This document shows positions 51,658 through 60,667 of a stretch of DNA of 64,000 bases, one piece after another. The position numbers and the translations under genes are program-made. A model generated the notes under the pieces. The model was not told the DNA's origin. It saw nothing but the letters and a program-made list of their open reading frames with translations, and made no database searches. Source of the stretch: Candidatus Latescibacterota bacterium (GTDB lineage: Bacteria; Latescibacterota; UBA2968; UBA8231); assembly GCA_022827835.1 (NCBI GenBank), contig JAJEIO010000048.1, forward strand, positions 62,687 to 126,686. The letters run 5' to 3'. How positions within the stretch are numbered: position 1 is the stretch's first letter; each line of letters begins with the position of its first letter.

Positions 51658-54256
51658 CCCGCGCCACTTGGGCCAACAAAGCGGCCAACTGCTCGGCCCA
51701 ATCGTCCGCCGCACCCGTCAGCGCCAAATCAATATCCTCGCCGTAGAGCGCCGCCACCGTCGGACCCGCACTCACCTGCACCACCGGCATCAAGGGGTGC
51801 CCCTGTAGAGGATGCTCGCCAGTATGGGCCAAAATCAGGTCCACGCCCGTAGCACCCAGTCCGGTAGCCGTCTCCACCCAGTGGTCAGTTGGTGTCTCCA
51901 TGATGTAAAAACCCGGCTCTACCGCCGCCTGTCCATAGGGCAATGTCGCCGCGTCCGAGGGCTCGACTAGCACAGAGTCCAAATATGCCGATTCCCGCAG
52001 CAGAGCCGCGTTGTGCGGCACGACCACAGTGCCGCCAGCAGTCACTACCCAGCGCGTCAATTGGGCAAAAGCCTGAGCCGCGTCCTCCTCCAACTCACCG
52101 GTTGCCTGCATCCCCAAGCGCAAGACACCCAAGCCACCTTCCACGGCGACAGGTGCCTCTGTCTCGGCCAGCGCTTGGCGAAACCACCCCTCGACCTTGT
52201 CCATGGCCTTGACAATGCCGCCGTCCAACTGCACCGAAGCCCAGCCAAAAACAGTCGGGTCCAAGCCGCATTCCTCAAGGCCGTTGCGCATGTAGTCGTT
52301 GTGCGTCTTTTCGCAGCCGTGTTCCAGCAGCAAAACGCGCCGCGCCAGCGGATGCGCTGCGTACCCTATCATGGTGCGCAAGTGCATTTGCTCGGTGGCA
52401 CCGCTCGACGACAGCCCACAGCCCTCAGTGTGAACCAAGGCGACAAAGCGCGACAGGCCCTGCTCGCGGCCCACTTGCCGGGCATTGAGCCGTTCGGCGC
52501 ACATGCGGGCGATTTGGCCAGCGCACAGGCTGGTGGGCAATATCAACCCCACTTGATCAATAGCCCCGTCCAGCATGGGGAACGACACCGCTGGTCCAAC
52601 TTCGGGCCGCACCGGCGCGGGCCGCCCCTCGGGTACAGGAGCGGCCAATAGTTCCTCCAACTGGCTGATATCGGTCTGTTGCCAGTTGCGCCAGATGGAC
52701 ACTTGAGCGTGGCCGGCCCGCTCGCCCAGCGAACGCTCGCCCGAGGCCACCCGCAAGGTGCGCTCGAATAGCTCCTGGCCCAACTCGTCCATCGGCGTGC
52801 CATCCAAGTAGGCCCCGGCATTGACATCGAGATCCGCAGCCAGCAACTGGTAGCGCTCCGAGGTGGTGACGATCTTGATCGTCGGCACAAAGGGGAAATT
52901 GGTGATAGAGCCATTGCCCGTGACAAAGAAGATAGCATTGCAGCCGCTGGCCACCTGCCCGGCAATGCTTTCCAAGTCGTTGCCCGGACTGTCCATAAAG
53001 TAGAAACCAGTCCCTTTGATCGGCTCGCCGTACTCAATCGCGTAGTCCAAGCGCACGTCCGGGTCGCGCTTGCGCGCCGCGCCAATGGACTTGAGCGCGA
53101 TATTGTACAGACCGCGAAATTTGTTGCCCCCCGAGGGATTGCCCTCGGCTGAGGCACCATGCCACGACACCCGCTCCTTGAAGCGCTCGACCATGTGCAA
53201 AAAGGTGCGCGCAGTCTCCACATCCTTGACGTTTTGCAGCACGTATGGTTCGGCACCGATCAACTCATCGGTCTCGGCGAGGTTGGCTGCGCCGCCGTAG
53301 CGAATCAACTCGCGCGCCACCCAAGCGGCCAGCGGATTCCCCGAAATGCCCGAAAAGGCGTCCGAGCCGCCGCACTGCAAGGCGATTTTGAGATGGCTCA
53401 GGTCGTGCTCGCCCCGCTCCTCGCTCGCCATTTCCTCGGCCCAAGCCGCCACTTGCCGCTCGCCCTCTGCCAAACGCGCCGCAAAGGAACCGTCCAAGGT
53501 CATAAAGCAATGCCGAACGTGATCGAGGGCATAGCCGTGCGCCACCATGTACTCCCGCAACATTTTGTTAGTCACGGCTTCGCTGCCGTAGTCCACCGCT
53601 AGCACAGCGCCGACGTTGGGATGGACGACGAAGCCAGCCAACGTGCGCAGTAAAAGTTCGCGGTTATTGGGATCGGATCTACCGCCGCCTTCGGTATGGG
53701 CAATCGGCACCACGCCATCGCCGGCCGGCCGGCCGCTCCAGCGCTCGGCCAACAGCCGGGCATAACTAGCCGTGCGCGAGGACGTGCCCAAGACGACGAT
53801 GTAATTGCGCGTGCCCACGCCCCGTCCCCCAGCGCGACCATAGCCTAAGAAAGTCCGCCGCTCCTCATGCGGATCGAGTGCAACCCCAGGCTGAAAATTC
53901 GCCGGATCCAATTGATACGGCTCAATGCGATCGACAAAATTGGCCTGCTCGGGCAAGTCGAAGTCCAACTGCCGGATGCCCAATGCGTCGAGCATACTCT
54001 GGTTGCAGGCGTAATCGCCCGGCTGTAGGGCGCGCTCGGCCACGCCAAAGGGCAATTGCCACGACAGCAAAAACTGACCGGGTTCAATCGGCTCGACGGC
54101 AAAGCGATGGCCTTCCATCACCGTGTGGGACAAAGTGAACGATCGTCCATTGTAGTCGATGCCCGTGCCCGTTTCCAAGCGCCGAGTGGCAATCGCCACA
54201 TTGTCTCCGGGCATAGGCAGCCGGGCTACTTCGCTAAAGGAAAAAACCGCGTTCAT
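51578..54256 (-). CDS. UxaA-family (altronate/galactarate dehydratase-like) hydrolyase with SAF domain and an extra C-terminal UxaA-like module
   Basis: SAF domain: VARLPMPGDNVAIATRRLETG...GHRFAVEPIEPGQ. UxaA N-terminal block: GYGRAGGRGVGTRNYIVVLGTS. GD_AH_C block: ALQCGGSDAFSGISGNPL...GFYFMDSPGNDLESIAGQVASGCNAIFFVTGNGSITNFPFVPTIKIVT. A second module follows: GLILPTSLCAGQ...VHTEGCG...LLLEHGCEKTH...GFYIMETPTDHWVETATGLGATGVDLILAHTGEHP. Start set at the ATG at 54256 (MNAVFSF), which has GAGGAG upstream; the 54388 start would overlap the upstream gene. Confidence 0.8.
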   Translation of the reverse strand: MNAVFSFSEVARLPMPGDNVAIATRRLETGTGIDYNGRSFTLSHTVMEGHRFAVEPIEPGQFLLSWQLPFGVAERALQPGDYACNQSMLDALGIRQLDFDLPEQANFVDRIEPYQLDPANFQPGVALDPHEERRTFLGYGRAGGRGVGTRNYIVVLGTSSRTASYARLLAERWSGRPAGDGVVPIAHTEGGGRSDPNNRELLLRTLAGFVVHPNVGAVLAVDYGSEAVTNKMLREYMVAHGYALDHVRHCFMTLDGSFAARLAEGERQVAAWAEEMASEERGEHDLSHLKIALQCGGSDAFSGISGNPLAAWVARELIRYGGAANLAETDELIGAEPYVLQNVKDVETARTFLHMVERFKERVSWHGASAEGNPSGGNKFRGLYNIALKSIGAARKRDPDVRLDYAIEYGEPIKGTGFYFMDSPGNDLESIAGQVASGCNAIFFVTGNGSITNFPFVPTIKIVTTSERYQLLAADLDVNAGAYLDGTPMDELGQELFERTLRVASGERSLGERAGHAQVSIWRNWQQTDISQLEELLAAPVPEGRPAPVRPEVGPAVSFPMLDGAIDQVGLILPTSLCAGQIARMCAERLNARQVGREQGLSRFVALVHTEGCGLSSSGATEQMHLRTMIGYAAHPLARRVLLLEHGCEKTHNDYMRNGLEECGLDPTVFGWASVQLDGGIVKAMDKVEGWFRQALAETEAPVAVEGGLGVLRLGMQATGELEEDAAQAFAQLTRWVVTAGGTVVVPHNAALLRESAYLDSVLVEPSDAATLPYGQAAVEPGFYIMETPTDHWVETATGLGATGVDLILAHTGEHPLQGHPLMPVVQVSAGPTVAALYGEDIDLALTGAADDWAEQLAALLAQVARGDHIPGALQQRNVDFQLTRGSLGVST

Positions 54257-54291
54257 TAATAGCTCCTCAATAAGGCTTCCAGGACCCTCTC

Positions 54292-55596
54292 CTAAAAGCG
54301 CCGGTCCAACGCCCATTCGGCCCAGGACCGCACGTATTCGTTGCTCTGCTGACGCGCCTGTTGCAAGGCGGCTACCGGTGCGCGCCATTTAGCCAACGCC
54401 ATAGCTGCATTTTCGCGTAGCGGCGCATCGGACAAAGACCAAGGCGTCATCGCGCGGCTATCGTCTAGGGCCTGTGTCAAGGCCGGTACTACTGCCGACA
54501 CCTGGCCCATATTGCTCAAGGCATCGGCGGCATTGCGGCAGACCCATTCGCTGTCGTCTTGCAATGCTGCGGCAAGGGCCGTGGCTGCCTCCTGAGCCTC
54601 GGCACCCATGCAACCTAGGGCGCTAGCTGCTCCGGCGCGCAGCCACCAATCCCGATCTTGCAACGCCTCGATGAGCGCGGGCACTGCGACAGCGCCGGCC
54701 GCAGCCAACCCGTAGGGGCTTTCCAACTGGCTGGGATTGGTAAAATCGCCGCGCTCGAGATTGGCTTGCCAACGCCGAGCGGACTCGTCTTTTAGCGCCG
54801 CCATCAATACCGGCACCCCTTCGGCTCCCAGCGCCCCCAAGTCGTAATAGGCATCTATCCGCACCCGTTCATCGGGATCCTGCAAAGCGGCCTGCAAGGC
54901 GGCCACTGATCGGTGCGACCTCAAGGCGGGAGCCTGTCCCCCGTACCAGCGCCACAGCGTGCGGTACAAAGCCGCGTGGCGTCCTGTGGGCATCCACTGG
55001 CTGCGCTGTTTTGGCATGTGCTCCTCGGTGCGGGTAAAGAGAAACTTCAGCATATAGCGCGTCCGGGTCGAGCGATTGGCCGTGGCCCGGTGCCACAATT
55101 CGTAGTGGGTGATGACCACGGTACCCGCCGCGCAAGTAAGGGCCAGCCCTTCGACCTCAGCGTCGGGGTCATCCATATAGTACTGCGTCCCGGGCACCAG
55201 CGCCGTAGGCCCCATATCCGGCGTTACCTCGTGCGGATAGTACAGCAGCAGGAGATAGCGCGGGCGGTGGTAGCGCACATTGCCACCGAAGGGATAATCC
55301 TTGTGCCAATTCTGGGCTTGGTTGCCCGGCGCGAGATCGTGGCAGTGGCAGTGGCGGCAGAGAGCGTACCCCGGCCCTAGAATGCTGGTCAAGGCCGCAT
55401 CTACGGCCGGATCGGCGAACAACTGGTGCAATAGGGGGACGCGATCTATCAGGCTATTGCCCGGATTGCCCGTGGCGAGTACGCGCTCGACTTGGCGGTG
55501 CAGTTCGCCGTGCAGGTCTGCGGTCGCCATCGGTTGCACCACGTGGTATCCCCGGACGATAAAATTTTGCAGGTCTGCATCGCTTAGTGGGGTCAT
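54292..55596 (-). CDS. phytanoyl-CoA dioxygenase (PhyH) family Fe(II)/2OG oxygenase fused to C-terminal HEAT repeats
   Basis: N-terminus: LQNFIVRGYHVV..., NWHKDYPF, GTVVITHYELWHRATAN (the H-x-D...H type double-stranded beta-helix). C-terminus: repeated ERVRIDAYYDLGALGAEGVPVLMAAL.D / ALIEALQDRDWWLRAGAASALGCMG / ALAAALQDDSEWVCRNAADALSNMG, i.e. HEAT_2/PBS-lyase type repeats. Confidence 0.75.
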   Translation of the reverse strand: MTPLSDADLQNFIVRGYHVVQPMATADLHGELHRQVERVLATGNPGNSLIDRVPLLHQLFADPAVDAALTSILGPGYALCRHCHCHDLAPGNQAQNWHKDYPFGGNVRYHRPRYLLLLYYPHEVTPDMGPTALVPGTQYYMDDPDAEVEGLALTCAAGTVVITHYELWHRATANRSTRTRYMLKFLFTRTEEHMPKQRSQWMPTGRHAALYRTLWRWYGGQAPALRSHRSVAALQAALQDPDERVRIDAYYDLGALGAEGVPVLMAALKDESARRWQANLERGDFTNPSQLESPYGLAAAGAVAVPALIEALQDRDWWLRAGAASALGCMGAEAQEAATALAAALQDDSEWVCRNAADALSNMGQVSAVVPALTQALDDSRAMTPWSLSDAPLRENAAMALAKWRAPVAALQQARQQSNEYVRSWAEWALDRRF

Positions 55597-56687
55597 CAGC
55601 CTATCCTCACTTCCTCGCCCTCGGCGGCTGAGCGGTACAGCCCGTCGAGAGCGGCTATGACATTGAGTACTTCTTCTTTTTTGACCATCAACTCGGCCCG
55701 GCCTTCGAGCACCTCGACGAAGTGGGCCGCGGCTTTCCAGTGGCCCGAGAAAGGCACTGAAGGATCGGGCGGCACGTTGAGCCGGGTGTCGGCCTGATAG
55801 CGGCCCAAGGTGCCGATAAAGGTGAGCGGATTAAAAGTGAGACCGCCCTTGGTGCCCATGATGAGGGTGCCGCCAGTGCCATCGGGCAAATTGGCCGCCC
55901 AACTGGCCCGAATGCTGATGGTGGCACCGTTTTCCAAGCGCAAAAAGCCAGCGGCCATATCCTCGACATCGTACTCGCCAATGTCGTAGTCCCGGGGCGC
56001 GAACACGCCCTCTGGAGCGCCGCTGTCGGCCAGCGACGTGACCACGTCTTCGCGCTGGTCGGCCAACTTGGTGTACGTTGCGCCCGAGGCGGCCACCACT
56101 TTAGGACTGCCCATGATCCACAGCAGAGCGTCGAGCGCGTGGACGCCAATGTCGTAGAGCGGGCCGCCGCCCGAGGCCTCTTTCATGTGGAAGCGGCCCC
56201 AAGTGGGCACGCCGCGGCGGCGGAAGGCCGAGGTTTCAGCGTAGTACATCTCGCCCAAGTGTCCGCTGTCGGCCAGTTGCTTGGCAGCAGTATTGGCACC
56301 GGAGAAACGGCTCGTCTGGGTGACAAATAGCTGGCGGTCGGCGGCCTCGGCCACTGCGTACATGACTACTGCATCGGCGTAGCTGGCGGCGACGGGTTTT
56401 TCGCAAAAGACGTGGGCACCGGCCTGGAGGGCCGCCTCGGTGTAGGCGCGGTGCGAGACATTGGGGGTGCAGACGGAGACGATATCGGGACGCAACTCGT
56501 CCATCATGCGTCCACAGACGTCGTACGCATGGGGGATGCCGTGGCGGTCGGCGGTTTGTTGGGCCTTGACCAAGGTGTGATTGAACACGCCGACCACTTC
56601 TACGGCCGGGGCCAACGCCAGCCAAGCGGGGATGTGACCGACGTTGGCGACCATGCCAGTGCCGACGATAGCTACTTTGTATGACAT
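55596..56687 (-). CDS. Gfo/Idh/MocA family oxidoreductase
   Basis: YKVAIVGTGMVANVGHIPAW (Rossmann GxGxxA), ...VFCEKPVA (the EKP motif), C-terminal alpha/beta dimerisation domain. 363 aa. Confidence 0.9.
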   Translation of the reverse strand: MSYKVAIVGTGMVANVGHIPAWLALAPAVEVVGVFNHTLVKAQQTADRHGIPHAYDVCGRMMDELRPDIVSVCTPNVSHRAYTEAALQAGAHVFCEKPVAASYADAVVMYAVAEAADRQLFVTQTSRFSGANTAAKQLADSGHLGEMYYAETSAFRRRGVPTWGRFHMKEASGGGPLYDIGVHALDALLWIMGSPKVVAASGATYTKLADQREDVVTSLADSGAPEGVFAPRDYDIGEYDVEDMAAGFLRLENGATISIRASWAANLPDGTGGTLIMGTKGGLTFNPLTFIGTLGRYQADTRLNVPPDPSVPFSGHWKAAAHFVEVLEGRAELMVKKEEVLNVIAALDGLYRSAAEGEEVRIG

Positions 56688-56693
56688 GTTTTC

Positions 56694-57590
56694 TTATACC
56701 TCCCAATCCTCTTGCTGTTGCAGCGCGTACAAAGACGTATATCCTCCCGACCAATCCGGCGGAATGAGACAGGGCCGCGGATCGTGATAGGCCCAGCGCG
56801 CCTCTTTGCCCCGCACAATAGATCCCGAATACTGCGGGCTGTTCAAAGGGTTAGCCGTATAGGGGAAGGCGTCGGCTGACGAATAGATATTGAGCAACAA
56901 GGGCCGCCCCTTGGGCGATAAATTTCTCTTGGATCCATGCACGGTGCGACAATTGTGGATAGTGATGGACCCAGCCGGCCCCGTCATATACTCAACGCGT
57001 CCGAGATCGACCTCGGGCAGATCCTGATCGGCGATACAGCCGACCCATTGTCCCAAGTCATTGTACTGATCGAACAACGGCCCGTTGTGGCTGCCAGCGA
57101 CCCCGGCCAAAGGCCCTTGGTCGTCATCGACGTCGTAGAGGTACGTGCCGATGGTCAAGGGGCTATAATTGGTATGCGGCCAATAGGTGATATCCTGATG
57201 CCACTTGACCTCTTCGCCGCCTTCGGACCACTTGAAATTCAATTTGGAATGGTGGTACTTGACGTCCGGCCCGACCAAATCGGCGGCCACGTCAGCCAAG
57301 ACTGACTGAGAGGCGAATTCCCAATAAACCGGGTGCTGGTCCACCGGGCTGGTAAGACGCCGCAGGCGGGGGTTGTCGGCCGTGTGGTCGGGCTCCAGAT
57401 CGAAGACCTCGTCCGATTGCGTCAGACCGCGACTGCACTCGACCATTTTGTTGGTAACGGCCAACAAGCGCTCAATCCACTCCGGCCCGATGAGGTTTTC
57501 AACCAAGAGGAAACCCTTGTCGAAATAGGATTGCCGTTGCTCTGGGGTGAGGATATTGGGAGGGTGTTCCAGAATTTGTTCGGGCGTCAT
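56694..57590 (-). CDS. phytanoyl-CoA dioxygenase (PhyH) family protein
   Basis: LTPEQRQSYFDKGFLLVENLI, ...KWHQDITYWPH (HxD facial triad), ...GSITIHNCRTVHGSKRN. 298 aa. Confidence 0.88.
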   Translation of the reverse strand: MTPEQILEHPPNILTPEQRQSYFDKGFLLVENLIGPEWIERLLAVTNKMVECSRGLTQSDEVFDLEPDHTADNPRLRRLTSPVDQHPVYWEFASQSVLADVAADLVGPDVKYHHSKLNFKWSEGGEEVKWHQDITYWPHTNYSPLTIGTYLYDVDDDQGPLAGVAGSHNGPLFDQYNDLGQWVGCIADQDLPEVDLGRVEYMTGPAGSITIHNCRTVHGSKRNLSPKGRPLLLNIYSSADAFPYTANPLNSPQYSGSIVRGKEARWAYHDPRPCLIPPDWSGGYTSLYALQQQEDWEV

Positions 57591-57751
57591 GATCCGGTCT
57601 CCTCTGCTTTGTAGTTCAGCCAGCGCACAATATGCTAGCGAATTCGCGCGTACTGCTCAAGTCGCATCTCCTCCTATGGTGGCGGTCTCACTGAGGAAGC
57701 ACTAGTTTCAACAGGCTAATTTTTCGCTTTCACCTTTTAACCCACAAGATA

Positions 57752-59047
57752 ATGAACCCAGAACACCACACCGTAATCATCGTCGGCGGTGGCCCGGCGG
57801 GCCTGCCGTTGGCCGTGGTCTTGGGCGGCTGGCATCCTTTTTTTCGCAACAGCCGCATGTTTGCCACGCGCTACGCGCCCTTAGCCAGGTACTTACAGCA
57901 GTTCGACCGCACGCTGCTAGGGTTGGATATGCAGTATTTCGTGCAAAACGGCATCAAGCCCGTCGATCTGTTCCGCACCTTGCACCACCCGCGCCAGCTC
58001 TTTGAGGAACTGGACCAAGTCGCCATGGACTTTCGGCGCGGCGAGCCGCTGGACGCGCTGCTGATCAGCCGCGAGCCGGTCGGCGGATTGTGGAACCGCG
58101 CGCCGCACAACCTGCTGACCTTGTCGCCGGGTCAGTGGATGGAATTTGCCTTTTATCCGCTGGCGCAGCACGCCGCAGAAATCGGACGCTCCTTAGACGT
58201 CAACGCCCTAATCCTCAAGACTGATCTGATCGAGTACTATCACCGCGTGCCCGAGCGCTTTGGGGCGACAGAGCGCATTCGCACCTCTGAGGAAGTCGAG
58301 CGAATTGAGCCGCACGAAAGGGGCTTTCAGCTCACCAGTCGGCACGTGCAAACAGGCGTTGAGCAGCACTACACCTGTAAGTACTTGGTCCTCGCAACCG
58401 GCCAGCGCGGTCAGTTGCGCTCCCTCGGGGTGGAGGGTGAGGACTGGCCCTTTGTTACCGCTCACTACGACAAGCCCGCAGACTTTCCCGGCGAGCGAGT
58501 GCTGGTCGTCGGTGGCGGGCGTTCGGGCGATTGGGCCGCCACCGAGTTGCACGACGCCGGCAAGCAAGTGTACTACGCCATGCGCCAAGGGCTAGCAGTC
58601 CATTGGCAGCTCATCAACGACAGCCGCCACGGGCTGCCCTATTACCATCGCATCGCCGAAATCCTCGAAAGCCGCTCGCCCCGGCTCCAAACCTTGTATC
58701 ACACCCACGTGACGCAGATCGCCGAGGACGGACAGGTCGGGCTGAAAACGTCCGAGGGCAACCAAGTGGTGGAGGTCGATCACGTGATCAAGGAAATCGG
58801 CGGCACGGCCGACTATTCGATCTTACAGGGCTTTGCGCCCCTGACCCTCGCGCCCATGCGCGACAACTACCGCTTCCAAGTCGATCAAGTACAAACCCAC
58901 GCCCACAACTACGAGTCGATTGACATCCCCAACCTATACCTCGGTGGCTATCTCGCGGCCGGAATCGGACTCGTCGTCATTGCCATGCACGGAACGACCT
59001 ACGCGATTGCCGGGGATATCCTGCAAAAAGAGGGGCGGCTCTTGTAA
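57752..59047 (+). CDS. FAD/NAD(P)-binding oxidoreductase (two-dinucleotide-binding-domain flavoprotein)
   Basis: First GxGxxG: VIIVGGGPAGLPLAVVLGG. Second: RVLVVGGGRSGDWAATEL. ATG motif-like YLVLATGQ. No finer assignment possible. Confidence 0.7.
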   Translation: MNPEHHTVIIVGGGPAGLPLAVVLGGWHPFFRNSRMFATRYAPLARYLQQFDRTLLGLDMQYFVQNGIKPVDLFRTLHHPRQLFEELDQVAMDFRRGEPLDALLISREPVGGLWNRAPHNLLTLSPGQWMEFAFYPLAQHAAEIGRSLDVNALILKTDLIEYYHRVPERFGATERIRTSEEVERIEPHERGFQLTSRHVQTGVEQHYTCKYLVLATGQRGQLRSLGVEGEDWPFVTAHYDKPADFPGERVLVVGGGRSGDWAATELHDAGKQVYYAMRQGLAVHWQLINDSRHGLPYYHRIAEILESRSPRLQTLYHTHVTQIAEDGQVGLKTSEGNQVVEVDHVIKEIGGTADYSILQGFAPLTLAPMRDNYRFQVDQVQTHAHNYESIDIPNLYLGGYLAAGIGLVVIAMHGTTYAIAGDILQKEGRLL

Positions 59048-59070
59048 CTTTTCTCCGTTGCCAATCGTTA
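59044..59070 (+). promoter_or_regulatory. candidate ECF-type (autoregulatory) promoter
   Basis: GTAAC (59044-59048), 17-nt spacer, CGTTA (59066-59070), resembling the generic ECF xGAAC-N16/17-CGTx architecture. Lies about 30 nt upstream of the ECF sigma ATG at 59101. Confidence 0.35.
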
Positions 59071-59100
59071 GTATATGCGAAGGACAATGGAAAAGCCGCT

Positions 59101-59583
59101 ATGGGACGTTTCCGCCGGCTCTGTCAAGAGCACCGGGACCGCATTTACACATTCGCTTTCTACTATATGGGCAACCGCGAGGACGCCGAGGATATTACCC
59201 AAGAGGTTCTATTTCGCCTGTGGCATCATGGCCTCCGCATGGACGACGAAAGTGTGGCGGCTTGGTTGACCCGGGTGGCGCGCAATGCCTGTTTGGACGC
59301 CTTGCGCCAGCGGCATCGCTATCGCTCGGTGGTCAGTACCCAAGATCCCGAGCCGGTCCTACAGCGTACTCCGGCGGTCGAGGCGGGCGATGTGGATCTG
59401 CGACGCCAGTTAGAGGCAGCCCTTACCCGGCTGGAAAATCCCCTACGGGAAATCGTCATCATGCGGGAAATCCAGGGCCTCTCCTACCGCGAGATCAGCC
59501 AGAGCTTGGAGTTGCCTCTCAATACAGTCAAAGTATATCTCCACCGCGGACGGAAACGCCTGCGCGCCCTTTTACAGGAATAG
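59101..59583 (+). CDS. ECF-type RNA polymerase sigma factor
   Basis: HRDRIYTFAFYYMGNREDAEDITQEVLFRLW (region 2); LREIVIMREIQGLSYREISQSLELPLNTVKVYLHRGRKRLR (region 4). Confidence 0.9.
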   Translation: MGRFRRLCQEHRDRIYTFAFYYMGNREDAEDITQEVLFRLWHHGLRMDDESVAAWLTRVARNACLDALRQRHRYRSVVSTQDPEPVLQRTPAVEAGDVDLRRQLEAALTRLENPLREIVIMREIQGLSYREISQSLELPLNTVKVYLHRGRKRLRALLQE

Positions 59584-59586
59584 ATC

Positions 59587-60087
59587 ATGCCTGCAACTTC
59601 CCCTTGCTCCTGGACTCAAGAGCGGATCGAAGCCTGCATCGACGGCGAGTTGACGCCTGTTGAGCAGGACCGACTCGAAGCCCATGCAGCGACTTGCGCG
59701 GCCTGTGCTGCCGAACTAGAAGACGCCCGTCGGCTGGTCGGTGCGCTGCGGACCTTGCCCCAGGTCACCTGCCCCGATGCGGTCTCCCAAACTCTCCACG
59801 ACCGCATCCGCCAAGCGCGATGGCGACGATGGGGTTGGGCCTATGCAGCCGCGGCCGTCTTAACCTTGATCGCCGGCTATCACCTATTCGACTCCGAGCC
59901 TGTACCGCCCGCCTTTAGTCCCCAAGAAATTGCCCAAGCTCGTCGCCAAGTAGAGTGGTCCCTAGCCTATTTGGGCGACCTTAATAGCCGCATGGGCACT
60001 ACAGTGCGCGACGACGTGATCCAGCCGCGCCTAGTCCAACCGCTGCGCCTGAACCTAGACGCGATCCTACCCGTCCAAACCATGTGA
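59587..60087 (+). CDS. anti-sigma factor, zf-HC2 type
   Basis: C-x...IDGELTPVEQDRLEAHAATCAACAAELE (H-x3-C-x2-C zinc motif), then a single TM helix WAYAAAAVLTLIAGYHLF. Lies 4 nt after the sigma gene. Confidence 0.8.
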   Translation: MPATSPCSWTQERIEACIDGELTPVEQDRLEAHAATCAACAAELEDARRLVGALRTLPQVTCPDAVSQTLHDRIRQARWRRWGWAYAAAAVLTLIAGYHLFDSEPVPPAFSPQEIAQARRQVEWSLAYLGDLNSRMGTTVRDDVIQPRLVQPLRLNLDAILPVQTM

Positions 60088-60665
60088 GGAGTTTTATCAT
60101 GTTCTTTCTTTACGCTCTACTTCTATTTGCCGCCGCTGTCGGTCCCACTAGCGCGTGGGCCGCCACACCGCTGGAAGAGCAACCTGGGTACATCGAGTTC
60201 ACCTCTTTGGGCTTATTCGATGACCCCGAGCCAGAAGCCAACGTCGAGATCTACCTGAAAGAACCGCTCCTCGACTTGGTGGCTGCGGCCACCCGCTCTG
60301 AAGACGAGGAACTGGCCAATATGCTGGCGGGCCTGAACCTCATCCGCGTCCAAGTGTACGAAGATTTGGACATGTCTTACGAGCACATTGCCGCACGGCT
60401 CAGCGCCCTCTCCTTGCCCGACTGGGAGCAGGCGGTGCAGGTGCGCGAACCAGACGAACAGATGCAGTTCTACGTGCGCACCAAGGATGAGACCATCGTC
60501 GGGCTTTTGGTATTGGTTGGCAGTCCTGACGAGTTTGTCTGCATCAATATCGTCGGCTCCCTCGACCTAGCCCAAGTGGGGCGCATTGGCCGCAAGTTCG
60601 ACATAGCGCCTTTGGACAGCATTGACTTTGGGGCGGCTAGCCCTAAAGCGCCGCCTAAAGACTAG
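60084..60665 (+). CDS. DUF4252-like secreted protein
   Basis: Signal peptide (FFLYALLLFAAAVGPTSAWA). PGYIEFTSLGLF...LLDLVAAATRSEDEELANMLAGLNLIRVQVYED...LLVLVGSPDEFVCINIVGSLDLAQVGRIG matches the DUF4252 layout that commonly follows ECF/anti-sigma pairs. Start overlaps the upstream stop (ATGTGA). Confidence 0.6.
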   Translation: MRSFIMFFLYALLLFAAAVGPTSAWAATPLEEQPGYIEFTSLGLFDDPEPEANVEIYLKEPLLDLVAAATRSEDEELANMLAGLNLIRVQVYEDLDMSYEHIAARLSALSLPDWEQAVQVREPDEQMQFYVRTKDETIVGLLVLVGSPDEFVCINIVGSLDLAQVGRIGRKFDIAPLDSIDFGAASPKAPPKD

Positions 60666-60667
60666 CT

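Noticed and set aside
57638-57647. 10-bp palindrome GCGAATTCGC in the divergent promoter region between the PhyH operon and the flavoprotein gene
   Set aside because: Short and GC-rich, so expected by chance at this length. No regulator gene is nearby to link it to.
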